Shown here: positions 13,290-28,980 of the stretch, in pieces
Position numbering within the stretch: the stretch's first letter is position 1
Layout of the letters: every line of letters starts with the position of its first letter
Assembly: GCF_024700885.2 (NCBI RefSeq)
Contig: NZ_CP117016.1
DNA length: 64,000 nt
Direction: 5' to 3' (one strand)
Source: Escherichia coli
GTDB lineage: Bacteria > Pseudomonadota > Gammaproteobacteria > Enterobacterales > Enterobacteriaceae
Notes under the pieces: model-generated
Told to the model about the DNA's origin: nothing
Seen by the model: only the letters and a program-made list of their open reading frames with translations
Database searches by the model: none
Program-made: the position numbers and the translations under genes

Positions 13290-13753
13290 GACTGCGTAAT
13301 CTTTTATGTAGTTCATATGTTAAGTGTTTGTGTGTTTGGTTTGTATAGTTATTTTGTTTTATATATTGTATTTAGATGTGATTTAGTTTGTCAATTAATT
13401 ACATATTAAAAATATGTTCTAGGCACAAATATGGATTATATACATTATGTGAATGTATTATGTGGTTGATTGAGAATGATACAGTTATATATGCAATGTG
13501 AATATAATGATTTCATTATATGTATTGCTGTTAGTAAAATAAAAGACATTATGTTCTGCTTGTTTATGCATTAATAAAAATGAAGTGCAGTAACTTACTG
13601 AATTGTCAGAGTGGGTGTAATTGCATATTTAATCTTTCCTTTGCCGCTTTTTTGCTAAGAATAAAATCATCTGTGCGATAACGACTAATTCTTTTAATGA
13701 ATGTTTTTATTCCTGAATACTGCTCCTATAACAAGACAGGGGAGCAGACAATC
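13290..13753 (+). promoter_or_regulatory. AT-rich tauABCD promoter/leader region
   Basis: Long AT-rich tract with phased A/T runs directly upstream of tauA; tau operon is known to be sulfate-starvation controlled (CysB/Cbl); individual sites not resolved by eye. Confidence 0.5.
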
Positions 13754-14716
13754 ATGGCAATTTCATCGCGTAACACACTTCTTGCCGCACTGGCATTCAT
13801 CGCTTTTCAGGCACAGGCGGTGAACGTCACCGTGGCCTATCAAACCTCCGCTGAACCGGCGAAAGTGGCTCAGGCTGATAACACCTTTGCTAAAGAGAGC
13901 GGGGCGACGGTGGACTGGCGTAAGTTTGACAGCGGAGCCAGCATCGTGCGGGCGCTGGCTTCAGGCGATGTCCAAATCGGTAACCTCGGTTCCAGCCCAT
14001 TAGCGGTGGCAGCCAGCCAACAGGTGCCGATTGAAGTCTTCTTACTGGCGTCAAAACTGGGTAACTCCGAAGCGCTGGTGGTAAAGAAAACTATCAGCAA
14101 ACCGGAAGATCTCATTGGCAAACGCATCGCCGTACCGTTTATCTCCACCACCCACTACAGCCTGCTGGCGGCGCTGAAACACTGGGGTATAAAACCCGGA
14201 CAAGTGGAGATAGTGAACCTGCAGCCGCCCGCGATTATCGCCGCATGGCAACGGGGAGACATTGATGGTGCTTATGTCTGGGCACCGGCGGTTAACGCCC
14301 TGAAAAAAGACGGCAAGGTGCTGACCGATTCTGAACAGGTCGGGCAGTGGGGCGCGCCGACACTGGACGTCTGGGTGGTGCGCAAAGATTTTGCCGAGAA
14401 ACATCCAGAGGTCGTGAAAGCGTTCGCTAAAAGCGCCATCGATGCTCAACAACCGTACATTGCTAATCCAGACGCGTGGCTGAAACAGCCGGAAAACATC
14501 AGCAAACTGGCACGTTTAAGCGGCGTACCTGAAGGTGACGTTCCGGGGCTGGTGAAGGGGAATACCTATCTGACGCCGCAGCAGCAAACGGCAGAACTGA
14601 CCGGACCGGTGAACAAAGCGATCATCGACACCGCGCAGTTTTTGAAAGAGCAGGGCAAAGTCCCGGCTGTAGCGAATGATTACAGCCAGTACGTGACCTC
14701 GCGCTTCGTGCAATAA
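13754..14716 (+). CDS. tauA: taurine ABC transporter periplasmic binding protein
   Basis: ORF 13697..14716 trimmed to the MAISSRNTLLAAL signal-peptide start (320 aa). Confidence 0.9.
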   Translation: MAISSRNTLLAALAFIAFQAQAVNVTVAYQTSAEPAKVAQADNTFAKESGATVDWRKFDSGASIVRALASGDVQIGNLGSSPLAVAASQQVPIEVFLLASKLGNSEALVVKKTISKPEDLIGKRIAVPFISTTHYSLLAALKHWGIKPGQVEIVNLQPPAIIAAWQRGDIDGAYVWAPAVNALKKDGKVLTDSEQVGQWGAPTLDVWVVRKDFAEKHPEVVKAFAKSAIDAQQPYIANPDAWLKQPENISKLARLSGVPEGDVPGLVKGNTYLTPQQQTAELTGPVNKAIIDTAQFLKEQGKVPAVANDYSQYVTSRFVQ

Positions 14717-14728
14717 AAGGAGGCGCAG

Positions 14729-15496
14729 ATGCTGCAAATCTCTCATCTTTACGCCGATTATGGCGGCAAACCGGCACTGGAAGATATCAACCTGACGCTG
14801 GAAAGCGGCGAGCTACTGGTGGTGCTGGGGCCGTCCGGCTGCGGTAAAACCACCCTGCTGAATCTGATTGCCGGTTTTGTGCCTTATCAGCATGGCAGCA
14901 TTCAACTGGCGGGTAAGTGCATTGAGGGACCGGGCGCAGAGCGGGGCGTGGTTTTTCAGAATGAAGGGCTGCTACCGTGGCGTAATGTGGTAGACAACGT
15001 GGCGTTCGGCCTGCAACTGGCAGGTGTTGAGAAAATGCAGCGACTGGAAATCGCGCACCAGATGCTGAAAAAAGTGGGGCTGGAAGGGGCAGAAAAACGC
15101 TACATCTGGCAGCTTTCCGGCGGTCAACGTCAGCGGGTGGGGATTGCCCGCGCGCTGGCGGCAAATCCCCAGCTGTTATTACTCGATGAACCGTTTGGTG
15201 CGCTGGACGCCTTCACCCGCGACCAGATGCAAACCCTGCTGCTGAAACTCTGGCAGGAGACGGGCAAGCAGGTGCTGTTGATTACCCACGATATAGAAGA
15301 AGCGGTGTTTATGGCAACCGAACTGGTTCTGCTTTCACCCGGCCCTGGCCGTGTGCTGGAGAGGCTGCCGCTCAACTTCGCCCGCCGCTTTGTTGCCGGG
15401 GAACCGAGCCGCAGCATCAAGTCCGATCCACAATTCATCGCCATGCGCGAATATGTTTTAAGCCGCGTATTTGAGCAACGGGAGGCGTTCTCATGA
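14729..15496 (+). CDS. tauB: taurine ABC transporter ATP-binding protein
   Basis: Walker [13 protein letters not shown] signature LSGGQRQR, Walker B LLLLDEP. Confidence 0.93.
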   Translation: MLQISHLYADYGGKPALEDINLTLESGELLVVLGPSGCGKTTLLNLIAGFVPYQHGSIQLAGKCIEGPGAERGVVFQNEGLLPWRNVVDNVAFGLQLAGVEKMQRLEIAHQMLKKVGLEGAEKRYIWQLSGGQRQRVGIARALAANPQLLLLDEPFGALDAFTRDQMQTLLLKLWQETGKQVLLITHDIEEAVFMATELVLLSPGPGRVLERLPLNFARRFVAGEPSRSIKSDPQFIAMREYVLSRVFEQREAFS

Positions 15497-16320
15497 GTGT
15501 GCTTATTAATGAAAAACTGCATTCGCATCGGCTGAAATGGCGCTGGCCGCTCTCGCGTCAGGTGACCTTAAGCATTGGCACGTTAGCGGTTTTACTCACT
15601 GTATGGTGGGCAGTGGCGGCGCTGCAACTGATTAGCCCGCTGTTTTTACCGCCGCCGCAACAGGTACTGGCAAAACTGCTTACTATTGCCGGACCTCAAG
15701 GATTTATGGACGCCACCTTGTGGCAGCATCTGGCAGCCAGCCTGACGCGCATTGTGCTGGCGCTACTTGCGGCGGTGTTGATCGGCATTCCGGTCGGGAT
15801 CGCCATGGGACTAAGCCCGACGGTGCGCGGAATTCTGGATCCGATAATCGAGCTTTATCGTCCGGTGCCGCCGCTGGCGTATTTGCCGCTGATGGTGATC
15901 TGGTTTGGTATTGGTGAAACCTCGAAGATCTTACTGATCTATTTAGCGATTTTTGCACCGGTGGCGATGTCGGCGCTGGCAGGGGTGAAAAGCGCGCAGC
16001 AGGTTCGCATTCGTGCCGCCCAGTCGCTGGGTGCCAGCCGTGCGCAGGTGCTGTGGTTTGTCATTTTGCCCGGCGCGCTGCCGGAAATCCTCACCGGATT
16101 ACGCATTGGTCTGGGTGTGGGCTGGTCTACGCTGGTAGCGGCGGAGCTGATTGCCGCGACGCGCGGTTTAGGATTTATGGTTCAGTCAGCGGGTGAATTT
16201 CTCGCGACTGACGTGGTGCTGGCGGGGATCGCGGTGATTGCGATTATCGCCTTTCTTTTAGAACTGGGTCTGCGCGCGCTACAGCGCCGCCTGACGCCCT
16301 GGCATGGAGAAGTACAATGA
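15493..16320 (+). CDS. tauC: taurine ABC transporter permease
   Basis: 275-aa polytopic membrane protein; 4-nt overlap with tauB. Confidence 0.9.
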   Translation: MSVLINEKLHSHRLKWRWPLSRQVTLSIGTLAVLLTVWWAVAALQLISPLFLPPPQQVLAKLLTIAGPQGFMDATLWQHLAASLTRIVLALLAAVLIGIPVGIAMGLSPTVRGILDPIIELYRPVPPLAYLPLMVIWFGIGETSKILLIYLAIFAPVAMSALAGVKSAQQVRIRAAQSLGASRAQVLWFVILPGALPEILTGLRIGLGVGWSTLVAAELIAATRGLGFMVQSAGEFLATDVVLAGIAVIAIIAFLLELGLRALQRRLTPWHGEVQ

Positions 16321-17168
16321 GTGAACGTCTGAGCATTACCCCGCTGGGGCCGTATATTGGCGCACAAATTACGGGTGCCGACCTGACGCGCCCGTTAAGT
16401 GATAACCAGTTTGAACAGCTTTACCATGCGGTACTGCGTCATCAGGTGGTGTTTCTGCGTGAACAGGCCATTACGCCGCAGCAGCAACGCGCGCTGGCCC
16501 AACGTTTTGGCGAACTGCATATTCATCCTGTTTACCCTCATGCTGAAGGGGTTGACGAGATCATCGTCCTGGATACCCATAACGATAATCCGCCGGATAA
16601 CGACAACTGGCATACCGATGTGACATTTATTGAAACGCCACCCGCAGGGGCGATTCTGGCGGCAAAAGAGTTACCCTCGACCGGCGGCGATACGCTCTGG
16701 ACCAGCGGTATTGCGGCCTATGAGGCGCTCTCTGTTCCCTTCCGCCAACTGCTGAGCGGGCTGCGTGCGGAGCATGATTTCCGTAAATCGTTCCTGGAAT
16801 ACAAATACCGCAAAACCGAGGAGGAGCATCAACGCTGGCGCGAGGCGGTCGCGAAAAATCCGCCGTTGCTACATCCGGTGGTGCGAACGCATCCGGTGAG
16901 CGGTAAACAGGCGCTGTTTGTGAATGAAGGCTTTACCACGCGAATTGTTGATGTCAGCGAGAAAGAGAGCGAAGCCTTGCTGGGCTTTTTATTTGCCCAC
17001 ATCACCAAACCGGAGTTTCAGGTGCGCTGGCGCTGGCAACCAAATGATATTGCGATTTGGGATAACCGCGTAACCCAGCACTATGCCAATGCGGATTACC
17101 TGCCACAGCGGCGGATTATGCATCGGGCGACGATCCTTGGGGATAAACCGTTTTATCGGGCGGGGTAA
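16317..17168 (+). CDS. tauD: taurine dioxygenase (Fe/alpha-ketoglutarate dependent)
   Basis: 283-aa ORF; HxD...H TauD/TfdA-type fold; 4-nt overlap with tauC. Confidence 0.92.
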   Translation: MSERLSITPLGPYIGAQITGADLTRPLSDNQFEQLYHAVLRHQVVFLREQAITPQQQRALAQRFGELHIHPVYPHAEGVDEIIVLDTHNDNPPDNDNWHTDVTFIETPPAGAILAAKELPSTGGDTLWTSGIAAYEALSVPFRQLLSGLRAEHDFRKSFLEYKYRKTEEEHQRWREAVAKNPPLLHPVVRTHPVSGKQALFVNEGFTTRIVDVSEKESEALLGFLFAHITKPEFQVRWRWQPNDIAIWDNRVTQHYANADYLPQRRIMHRATILGDKPFYRAG

Positions 17169-17175
17169 GGGGGAA

Positions 17176-17201
17176 ATGCCGGGTTGGATAACCCGGCATA
17201 A
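17176..17201. terminator. Bidirectional stem-loop between convergent tauD and hemB
   Basis: atgccgggtt-ggat-aacccggcat perfect hairpin. Confidence 0.6.
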
Positions 17202-17207
17202 TGATCA

Positions 17208-18182
17208 TTAACGCAGAATCTTCTTCTCAGCCAAATCCAGCGCAAAGTAGCTGAAAATCAGATCCGCACCCGCACGCTTAATCGAACCTAAGCTTTCGAG
17301 CACGACTTTCTCTTCATCTATAGAACCCGCCAGCGCGGCGAACTTAATCATCGCATACTCACCGCTCACCTGATACGCGCCAATCGGCAATTCAGTACGT
17401 TCACGCAGCTCACGCACGATGTCGAGGTACGCTCCAGCAGGTTTAACCATCAGGCAGTCTGCGCCCTGGGCTTCATCCAGCAGTGATTCACGAATCGCCT
17501 CGCGACGGTTCATTGGGTTCATCTGATAGCTTTTGCGGTCGCCTTTTAATGCGCTTCCGGCAGCTTCACGGAACGGACCATAAAAGGAAGAGGCGAACTT
17601 GGTCGAATACGACATAATCGCCGTATCTTTAAAGCCCGCAGCGTCCAGCGCCTGACGAATCGCCTGTACCTGGCCGTCCATCGCGGCGGAAGGGGCGATG
17701 AAGTCTGCACCTGCAGCAGCTGCAACCACGGCTTGCTTGCCTAAATTTGCCAGAGTCGCGTCGTTGTCGACGCCATGCTCGCACAGCACACCGCAGTGAC
17801 CGTGAGAAGTGTATTCACAAAAGCAGGTGTCTGACATAACGATCATTTCTGGCACAGTCTGCTTGCAGATGCGCGACATCCGCGCCACCAGTCCATCTTC
17901 CCGCCAGGCATCGCTGCCGGTTTCATCGGTATGGTGGGAAATGCCGAAAGTCATCACGGAACGAATACCGGCGTTGGCGATGCGTTCAATTTCGCGTGCC
18001 AGATGTTTCTCTGGAATGCGCATCACGCCTGGCATGGCTTCAACGGCTTTGTAGCCGTCAATTTCTTCTTCAACAAAGATCGGCAACACCAGGTCGTTAA
18101 GGCTAAGTGTTGTCTCTTCAAACATAGCGCGCAGCGCAGGAGATTTGCGCAGGCGACGAGGGCGTTGGATTAAGTCTGTCAT
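17208..18182 (-). CDS. hemB: porphobilinogen synthase (delta-aminolevulinate dehydratase)
   Basis: ORF 17208..18215 trimmed to [13 protein letters not shown] (324 aa). Confidence 0.92.
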   Translation of the reverse strand: MTDLIQRPRRLRKSPALRAMFEETTLSLNDLVLPIFVEEEIDGYKAVEAMPGVMRIPEKHLAREIERIANAGIRSVMTFGISHHTDETGSDAWREDGLVARMSRICKQTVPEMIVMSDTCFCEYTSHGHCGVLCEHGVDNDATLANLGKQAVVAAAAGADFIAPSAAMDGQVQAIRQALDAAGFKDTAIMSYSTKFASSFYGPFREAAGSALKGDRKSYQMNPMNRREAIRESLLDEAQGADCLMVKPAGAYLDIVRELRERTELPIGAYQVSGEYAMIKFAALAGSIDEEKVVLESLGSIKRAGADLIFSYFALDLAEKKILR

Positions 18183-18707
18183 GGTCTGCCTGATGTTTGT
18201 GGAATCGAGGGGCATAGTATACCTGAAGCAGGGTGGGGATGTTTTACGAAAGTTGTCGCGATGTTGACAAGAAGAGAATGGAAGAGAGGCCAGGACATCT
18301 TTGTAATAGAAATAGCAATAATTTCATATTCACTGAAAATATTTTTAATTTTTATTTATAGCCATAGATTATTGTTTTTGGGGATTTGGTGACGTTTTCA
18401 AAAAGTGAATAACTTAAAGTTCATTGCTTATTGATACATTATTTGTCTGTTTTAGTTGTTTTATATTTTCATGGTCTATGTTTTAAAATTAACGCTTTCA
18501 TTAACGTATTGAAATATTGTGTTTTTGTTATTTCTTTCTGTGTGTGTGTTCACGTGCTTTATATATGTCCGCAATCGGACTTAGGGGAAAGAATAATTGA
18601 ACCATTCCTCTATAACGCCGCATAATCGTCAACGCGAAACATAATATGTTTTCTATGCATTGATAATTGATGGATCAACTTATTACGTCCCTGAGGAGGG
18701 ATGACAA

Positions 18708-21668
<2,961 letters not shown>

Positions 21669-21682
21669 TGAAGAAATAGGTT

Positions 21683-22365
<683 letters not shown>

Positions 22366-23523
22366 TCAGGATGCGGGGATAACCAACGGTTTATTCCCGC
22401 TTAGCTCGGTCACCAGGTCATTGATGCCATCGCTCATATTTTTAAAGCGCGTCAACGGCGAACGAGTGACCACCACAAACGCGCCAATATTCTTCTGCGG
22501 GATCATCGCCATATAGGTAATGAAACCGCCACCACCACCTGTCTTCTGAATAATCCCCGGACGACCCTCTTTCGGGGCCATATATACCCAGCCTAAACCA
22601 AGCGCATCCGCTTTGCCGGGGACATCCATGCCAATCACTTTCGTAAACTGCGCGCGCTGATAAATCAACGTCTGCATGCGATCAGCCTGGTTACTGCGCT
22701 GATAAAAATCGGATGACAAATACTGCTGCATCCAGCGCATCATATCGCCAGGCGTGGAATAGACGCCGCCGCTGCCAATTGCCGCCAGCGTGTTATTGCA
22801 CGGACTGGCACCGCGCTCAGCAACCATTAAACGGCGGCACTGATCCGGTGAGGGAGTGTAGGTGGTGTCTTTCATCCCCAATGGACGGGTAATCTGCTCT
22901 TCAAACAACTGGGTATAAGGCTTGCCGGACGCATTCGCCAGTGCATCTGCCAGCAGGTCGAACGCAAGGTTAGAGTACGCCGCCTGACTGCCTGGCGCGG
23001 CTTTCAGCTTCGCCGTAGAAAGGTATTTCCAGCGTTGCTCGCGCGTTGGCCAGACAAATACCGGACGATGTGCCGCGCCACCGGGCTGTTCACGGGGCAG
23101 GGCGCTGGTATGGGTTGCCAGATTCACCAGCGTAATGGGCGTCCCATTGTAAGTCGGTACGCGTGCGCCTGGCGGAGCATATTTACTTAGCGGATCGTTT
23201 AACTTCACGGTCCCCTGGTCGAGCAATTTCACCAGCATCTCACTGGTCATTAGCTTGGTGAGGGAAGCAATACGTATGACCGAATCCAGCTGCGGGCGAA
23301 CGTTATTACCAGGTCGCGTTTCGCCATAACTGCGAAAGACGCGCTGGTTACCGTCGATAACAACCAGCGCCATCCCCGTGGCACCGCTGCCGTAAAAAAT
23401 ATGATCGGCATAACGATCGACAATATCAGAGGCGAACTCCGGTTCAGTGATCGGCTGCGCCGCATGGACGGAGGTCAATGACGCCGCACACAGCACGGCA
23501 GAAAAAAGCAGACAACGTTTCAA
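22366..23523 (-). CDS. ampH: class C penicillin-binding protein / D-alanyl-D-alanine carboxypeptidase-endopeptidase
   Basis: 385-aa ORF with signal peptide and beta-lactamase-fold active-site motif SLTK. Confidence 0.9.
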   Translation of the reverse strand: MKRCLLFSAVLCAASLTSVHAAQPITEPEFASDIVDRYADHIFYGSGATGMALVVIDGNQRVFRSYGETRPGNNVRPQLDSVIRIASLTKLMTSEMLVKLLDQGTVKLNDPLSKYAPPGARVPTYNGTPITLVNLATHTSALPREQPGGAAHRPVFVWPTREQRWKYLSTAKLKAAPGSQAAYSNLAFDLLADALANASGKPYTQLFEEQITRPLGMKDTTYTPSPDQCRRLMVAERGASPCNNTLAAIGSGGVYSTPGDMMRWMQQYLSSDFYQRSNQADRMQTLIYQRAQFTKVIGMDVPGKADALGLGWVYMAPKEGRPGIIQKTGGGGGFITYMAMIPQKNIGAFVVVTRSPLTRFKNMSDGINDLVTELSGNKPLVIPAS

Positions 23524-23874
23524 CGGTGGTGTCCATAGATTGAATGAAGGTAACTGAGCGTATTTATACTACTCATTGATGGATTGCAAAGGGCGAATTA
23601 GTGCAATAATAGTGTTAAAAACGTAACGGCGCGTAAACACGATCTTTTTCCTGCTCACTAATGCCTGCATTTGTGATCCTGCGCGTGTTAATCCGCTTAT
23701 GTAAACAATCTTTGGTTTGTGAAATCCGTCGAAACAATTCTTATGCTCAGGCTGGCGAACTAAGCGCCTTGCTATGGGTCACAATGGTCGGTTTCATTTG
23801 GCTGACGCTTTGTAGCGGTCATGCGGTTAATACACAGCAGTTGTTAAAACGATAAGAAGTTAGCAGGAGTGCAT

Positions 23875-25095
23875 ATGTTTAAGTCTTTTTTCCCAAAGCC
23901 GGGACCGTTTTTTCTCTCGGCCTTTGTTTGGGCATTGATTGCCGTTATCTTCTGGCAAGCCGGTGGGGGTGACTGGGTGGCGCGTATCACCGGAGCTTCC
24001 GGGCAGATCCCGATTAGCGCCGCGCGTTTCTGGTCGTTGGATTTCCTGGTTTTTTACGCTTACTACATTGTTTGCGTAGGACTTTTTGCATTGTTCTGGT
24101 TTATCTACAGCCCGCATCGTTGGCAATACTGGTCAATACTCGGTACTGCACTGATCATCTTCGTCACCTGGTTTTTGGTGGAAGTCGGGGTCGCCGTCAA
24201 CGCCTGGTATGCGCCGTTCTATGATCTGATTCAAACTGCGCTAAGTTCGCCGCATAAAGTCACCATCGAACAATTTTACCGCGAAGTGGGCGTCTTTCTG
24301 GGGATTGCGCTGATCGCGGTGGTGATCAGTGTGCTGAACAACTTCTTTGTCAGTCACTACGTGTTCCGCTGGCGTACGGCGATGAACGAATATTACATGG
24401 CGAACTGGCAACAACTGCGTCATATCGAAGGTGCCGCCCAACGTGTGCAGGAAGATACCATGCGTTTTGCTTCAACGCTGGAGAATATGGGCGTCAGCTT
24501 TATCAACGCTATCATGACGTTGATCGCCTTCCTGCCGGTGCTGGTAACGCTCTCCGCGCATGTGCCGGAGCTGCCGATTGTCGGGCACATTCCGTATGGC
24601 CTGGTGATTGCCGCTATCGTCTGGTCGCTAATGGGGACCGGATTGCTGGCAGTGGTAGGGATCAAACTGCCGGGGCTGGAGTTTAAAAACCAGCGTGTAG
24701 AGGCTGCCTACCGTAAAGAGCTGGTTTATGGTGAAGACGATGCCACGCGCGCGACGCCGCCTACGGTACGCGAGCTGTTTAGCGCCGTACGGAAAAACTA
24801 TTTCCGCCTCTATTTTCACTATATGTATTTCAACATCGCCCGCATTCTCTATTTGCAGGTCGATAACGTTTTCGGTTTGTTCTTGCTGTTTCCGTCAATT
24901 GTTGCCGGTACGATTACGCTCGGCCTGATGACGCAGATTACCAACGTTTTTGGTCAGGTTCGCGGAGCTTTCCAGTACCTGATTAACTCATGGACCACAC
25001 TGGTTGAGTTGATGTCTATCTACAAACGTCTGCGCAGCTTTGAACATGAGCTGGATGGTGACAAAATTCAGGAAGTAACCCATACCTTGAGCTAA
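23875..25095 (+). CDS. sbmA: peptide antibiotic/antimicrobial peptide inner-membrane transporter
   Basis: ORF 23869..25095 trimmed to [10 protein letters not shown] (406 aa); polytopic membrane protein. Confidence 0.9.
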   Translation: MFKSFFPKPGPFFLSAFVWALIAVIFWQAGGGDWVARITGASGQIPISAARFWSLDFLVFYAYYIVCVGLFALFWFIYSPHRWQYWSILGTALIIFVTWFLVEVGVAVNAWYAPFYDLIQTALSSPHKVTIEQFYREVGVFLGIALIAVVISVLNNFFVSHYVFRWRTAMNEYYMANWQQLRHIEGAAQRVQEDTMRFASTLENMGVSFINAIMTLIAFLPVLVTLSAHVPELPIVGHIPYGLVIAAIVWSLMGTGLLAVVGIKLPGLEFKNQRVEAAYRKELVYGEDDATRATPPTVRELFSAVRKNYFRLYFHYMYFNIARILYLQVDNVFGLFLLFPSIVAGTITLGLMTQITNVFGQVRGAFQYLINSWTTLVELMSIYKRLRSFEHELDGDKIQEVTHTLS

Positions 25096-25107
25096 AAAGG
25101 AGAAGTA

Positions 25108-26202
25108 ATGTCGCGCGTCAATCATCTATCTTCGCTGTCATTGTTGGCGGTTCTGGTTTTAGTGGGGTGTAGTAGTCAGGCTCCGCAACCGTTGAAAAAG
25201 GGCGAAAAAGCGATAGATGTGGCGAGCGTCGTGCGGCAGAAGATGCCTGCGAGCGTGAAAGACCGCGATGCCTGGGCGAAAGATCTCGCCACCACGTTTG
25301 AAAGTCAGGGGCTGGCACCGACGCTGGAAAACGTCTGCTCGGTGCTGGCGGTGGCGCAGCAGGAGTCAAATTATCAGGCAGATCCAGCCGTTCCGGGCTT
25401 AAGCAAGATCGCCTGGCAAGAGATTGACCGTCGTGCTGAACGGATGCACATTCCTGCTTTTCTGGTGCATACCGCGCTAAAAATCAAATCGCCAAACGGC
25501 AAAAGCTATAGCGAACGGTTAGATTCGGTGCGTACTGAAAAGCAATTGAGCGCGATTTTTGACGATCTGATCAGCATGGTGCCAATGGGGCAGACGCTGT
25601 TTGGTTCGCTTAATCCGGTGCGCACCGGTGGGCCGATGCAGGTCAGCATTGCTTTTGCCGAACAGCATACCAAAGGGTATCCGTGGAAAATGGACGGTAC
25701 AGTCCGTCAGGAAGTCTTCAGTCGTCGCGGCGGGTTGTGGTTTGGTACTTACCATTTACTGAATTATCCCGCCAGCTATAGCGCGCCGATATACCGTTTT
25801 GCTGATTTTAACGCTGGCTGGTACGCCAGCCGTAATGCCGCGTTTCAGAACGCGGTCAGTAAGGCCAGCGGCGTGAAGCTGGCACTGGACGGTGATTTAA
25901 TTCGTTACGACAGTAAAGAGCCCGGGAAAACCGAACTGGCAACGCGCAAACTGGCGGGAAAACTGGGGATGAGCGACAGTGAAATTCGCCGCCAGTTAGA
26001 GAAAGGGGACAGCTTCTCTTTTGAGGAGACGGCGCTGTACAAGAAAGTTTATCAACTTGCCGAAGCGAAAACGGGTAAATCACTACCCCGCGAAATGTTG
26101 CCTGGCATTCAACTGGAAAGCCCGAAAATCACCCGCAACCTGACTACGGCCTGGTTTGCGAAGCGCGTAGACGAACGGCGGGCGCGTTGTATGAAACAGT
26201 GA
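25108..26202 (+). CDS. yaiW: surface-exposed outer-membrane lipoprotein
   Basis: 364-aa ORF with lipobox LVGCSS; follows sbmA by 12 nt. Confidence 0.85.
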   Translation: MSRVNHLSSLSLLAVLVLVGCSSQAPQPLKKGEKAIDVASVVRQKMPASVKDRDAWAKDLATTFESQGLAPTLENVCSVLAVAQQESNYQADPAVPGLSKIAWQEIDRRAERMHIPAFLVHTALKIKSPNGKSYSERLDSVRTEKQLSAIFDDLISMVPMGQTLFGSLNPVRTGGPMQVSIAFAEQHTKGYPWKMDGTVRQEVFSRRGGLWFGTYHLLNYPASYSAPIYRFADFNAGWYASRNAAFQNAVSKASGVKLALDGDLIRYDSKEPGKTELATRKLAGKLGMSDSEIRRQLEKGDSFSFEETALYKKVYQLAEAKTGKSLPREMLPGIQLESPKITRNLTTAWFAKRVDERRARCMKQ

Positions 26203-26259
26203 TCAAACAGGAATGTCATGCCAGATAAGGCGTTTTAGGTCCTATCTGGCAAGTAAATC

Positions 26260-26568
26260 TTACTGGCGGCGATGTCGCCAGTGCAGCCATAGCGCCACTA
26301 CTGCAAAAATGAGGCAGCCAACTAAAAACGGGATCAGCCCGAAAATGGTGCCGACACCTAAACCAATTTCCACCCGTGGGCGACCTGTTTCCTGGACCTG
26401 CATTAAACGCTCATAGACGCCAGGCGCATGCACTAGCAGGTTCAGCAATTGCGCCCCAGCCCAAAAGCAAAACAGCACAAACAACGCATAGGCAATATTG
26501 CCAGGCGTTGAAGAGGCATTGCGATATTTTCCGCTAAACAGCGATTTTGACAGGGTGAAATCAGCCAT
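26260..26568 (-). CDS. yaiY: DUF2755 inner-membrane protein
   Basis: 102-aa ORF with two hydrophobic helices. Confidence 0.8.
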
Positions 26569-26827
26569 AAAAACCTCCGGAAGTCATCTGCTTCTCTTCT
26601 GGTGTGATACCAGCGGCTTATGGCAAGTTTGACAGGTCATTAAGATTGTCAATATCAGAATCATGGTAAATTGATGTTGGGAATATTCCCGAAGCGTGAA
26701 TCTTCGTCGTGAGTCACAAAATGACAACCTTAAGTTAAATGTATTAACAATTACGGAAATGTTGTCTACGCCACAGACGGATGTTGCAGAATATGCAAGG
26801 ATGTTGTTTTTCGTTAACGGAGCTGCC

Positions 26828-27040
26828 ATGAACTTGCCTGTAAAAATCCGCCGTGACTGGCACTACTATGCGTTCGCCATTGGCCTTATATTCATTCTTA
26901 ATGGCGTGGTGGGGTTACTGGGATTTGAAGCAAAAGGTTGGCAGACCTATGCCGTCGGTCTGGTGACGTGGGTGATTAGTTTCTGGCTGGCGGGGCTGAT
27001 TATTCGTCGTCGCGATGAAGAAACTGAAAACGCCCAATAA
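26828..27040 (+). CDS. yaiZ: DUF2754 small membrane protein
   Basis: ORF 26696..27040 trimmed to MNLPVKIRRDWHYY (70 aa). Confidence 0.7.
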   Translation: MNLPVKIRRDWHYYAFAIGLIFILNGVVGLLGFEAKGWQTYAVGLVTWVISFWLAGLIIRRRDEETENAQ

Positions 27041-27063
27041 GAATATTATCGGGCGTTTAAATA

Positions 27064-28158
27064 TTACATTGTGGTTTTCAATGCGTTATCCGCAGCGTGA
27101 CGCTCCAGCGCCAGCTCAATCAAACGGGTGATCAGGTCGGTGTAACCCAGACCGCTGGCTTGCCACAGCTTCGGATACATACTGATGTTGGTGAAGCCAG
27201 GCAGTGTGTTGATCTCGTTGATCACCACGTCGTTCTCTGGGGTTAAAAACACGTCTACACGCGCCATGCCTGCGCATCCCAACGTCTGATAAGCCTGAAC
27301 GGCAATCGCCCGGATCTTATCGTTGATTTCTGGCGCAATGGCTGCCGGAACTACCACTTTCGCGCCATCTTCGTCAATGTACTTGGTGTCGTAGGCATAA
27401 AAATCGCTGGTTAGTACGATCTCGCCACAGGTGCTGGCTTGCGGATTGTCGTTGCCCAGAACTGCGCATTCGATCTCACGACCTTTGATCCCTTGCTCAA
27501 CGATCACTTTATGATCGAACTCGAACGCCAGATCGACGGCAATTGCGTACTGTTCTTCACTGGTTACTTTGCTGACACCAACAGAAGAGCCCTGATTAGC
27601 TGGTTTTACAAACAGCGGTAACCCCAGTTTAGACTCCACTTCGGCAAAACTGATGTTGTGACGATTAGCGCGCGTCAGGGTAATAAATGGCGCAATGTTC
27701 AGCCCGGCATCGCGCAGCAGACGTTTGGTGACATCTTTATCCATACAGGCCGCTGAAGCCAGAACATCAGAACCTACAAACGGTAAATTGGCGACCCGCA
27801 GCATTCCCTGCAAGGAACCATCTTCGCCCAGCGTACCGTGGACAATCGGGAAAATGACATCCACCGTCGGCAACGGCTGACCGTTTTGCGCGTCGATAAG
27901 CTGATGTTCATGTTTACCAGGCACCTGCGCAAGGCTGGTCGCCGAAGGGCGCAACGCAATATGGGCAGGATCGTCTGCATTTAGCAGATAATTGCTGGCA
28001 TCGCTGACGTGCCATTGCCCTTGTTTATCAATGCCCAGCAGCACAACGTCGAAGCGACTTTTATCAATGGCATCGACAATGTTTTTTGCCGATTGCAGAG
28101 ACACTTCATGTTCCGCTGATTTACCACCAAAAACGATTCCTACCCGCAGTTTTTCCAT
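27064..28158 (-). CDS. ddlA: D-alanine--D-alanine ligase A
   Basis: 364-aa ORF; ATP-grasp ligase. Confidence 0.92.
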   Translation of the reverse strand: MEKLRVGIVFGGKSAEHEVSLQSAKNIVDAIDKSRFDVVLLGIDKQGQWHVSDASNYLLNADDPAHIALRPSATSLAQVPGKHEHQLIDAQNGQPLPTVDVIFPIVHGTLGEDGSLQGMLRVANLPFVGSDVLASAACMDKDVTKRLLRDAGLNIAPFITLTRANRHNISFAEVESKLGLPLFVKPANQGSSVGVSKVTSEEQYAIAVDLAFEFDHKVIVEQGIKGREIECAVLGNDNPQASTCGEIVLTSDFYAYDTKYIDEDGAKVVVPAAIAPEINDKIRAIAVQAYQTLGCAGMARVDVFLTPENDVVINEINTLPGFTNISMYPKLWQASGLGYTDLITRLIELALERHAADNALKTTM

Positions 28159-28620
28159 CTTAAAAACCTATCCCGTCTAACACAAAGTGCATACATTACC
28201 ACGACAAAACGGGGGATTCGCGGCCTTCTGAAAGATTGTTGCAATCTTCTGCTGACAAAGCGTGCAACGTACTGGTGAAGAAAGTGCGTTATCTCAAAGA
28301 TGTGCGCAAGATCACAAAAATGATGAACGGGAAGCTAATTTATTCCTGGCTTAAATGGCCATGCGGTGAGTTTTTTTCTCTTAATTATAAGTTAACGAAG
28401 AGAATATATTTCATAACTTTTATTTATAATAAAGGTTGATAATTAAAAGCCTATATTTTGTGTGGGTAATTATTTAAATAAGAGAAACGTTTCGCTGGTA
28501 ATCAAACAAAAAATATTTGCGCAAAGTATTTCCTTTGTCATAAAAATAATACTTCCAGACACTATGAAGTTGTGAAACATAATGTTAACTTCTCCATACT
28601 TTGGATAAGGAAATACAGAC

Positions 28621-28881
28621 ATGAAAAATCTCATTGCTGAGTTGTTATTTAAGCTTGCCCAAAAAGAAGAAGAGTCGAAAGAACTGTGCGCGCAGGTAGA
28701 AGCTTTGGAGATTATCGTCACTGCAATGCTTCGCAATATGGCGCAAAATGACCAACAAAGGTTGATTGATCAGGTAGAGGGGGCGCTGTACGAGGTAAAG
28801 CCCGATGCCAGCATTCCTGACGACGATACGGAGCTGCTGCGCAATTATGTAAAGAAGTTATTGAAGCATCCTCGTCAGTAA
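28621..28881 (+). CDS. iraP: anti-adaptor protein stabilising RpoS under phosphate starvation
   Basis: 86-aa coiled-coil [33 protein letters not shown] upstream of phoA. Confidence 0.85.
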   Translation: MKNLIAELLFKLAQKEEESKELCAQVEALEIIVTAMLRNMAQNDQQRLIDQVEGALYEVKPDASIPDDDTELLRNYVKKLLKHPRQ

Positions 28882-28901
28882 AAAGTTAATCTTTTCAACA
28901 G

Positions 28902-28936
28902 CTGTCATAAAGCTGTCACGGCCGAGACTTATAGTC
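28902..28936 (+). promoter_or_regulatory. Pho box and -10 element of the phoA promoter
   Basis: ctgtcataaagctgtcac (two 7-bp CTGTCAT-type direct repeats) followed by tatagt. Confidence 0.8.
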
Positions 28937-28980
28937 GCTTTGTTTTTATTTTTAATGTATTTGTACATGGAGAAAATAAA

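Noticed and set aside
18431-18625. 64-aa ORF in the AT-rich region upstream of yaiT
   Set aside because: Low-complexity Phe/Val/Cys-rich translation of AT-rich promoter DNA; no RBS; more likely regulatory DNA
23661-23855. 64-aa ORF between ampH and sbmA
   Set aside because: Lies in the sbmA promoter region; no supporting features
26195-26260. REP-like partial palindrome after yaiW
   Set aside because: Only a weak match to the REP consensus (gccagataaggcg ... cctatctggc); left uncalled
28236-28439. 67-aa ORF in the AT-rich ddlA-iraP intergenic region
   Set aside because: AT-rich promoter DNA for iraP; a random ORF of this size is expected
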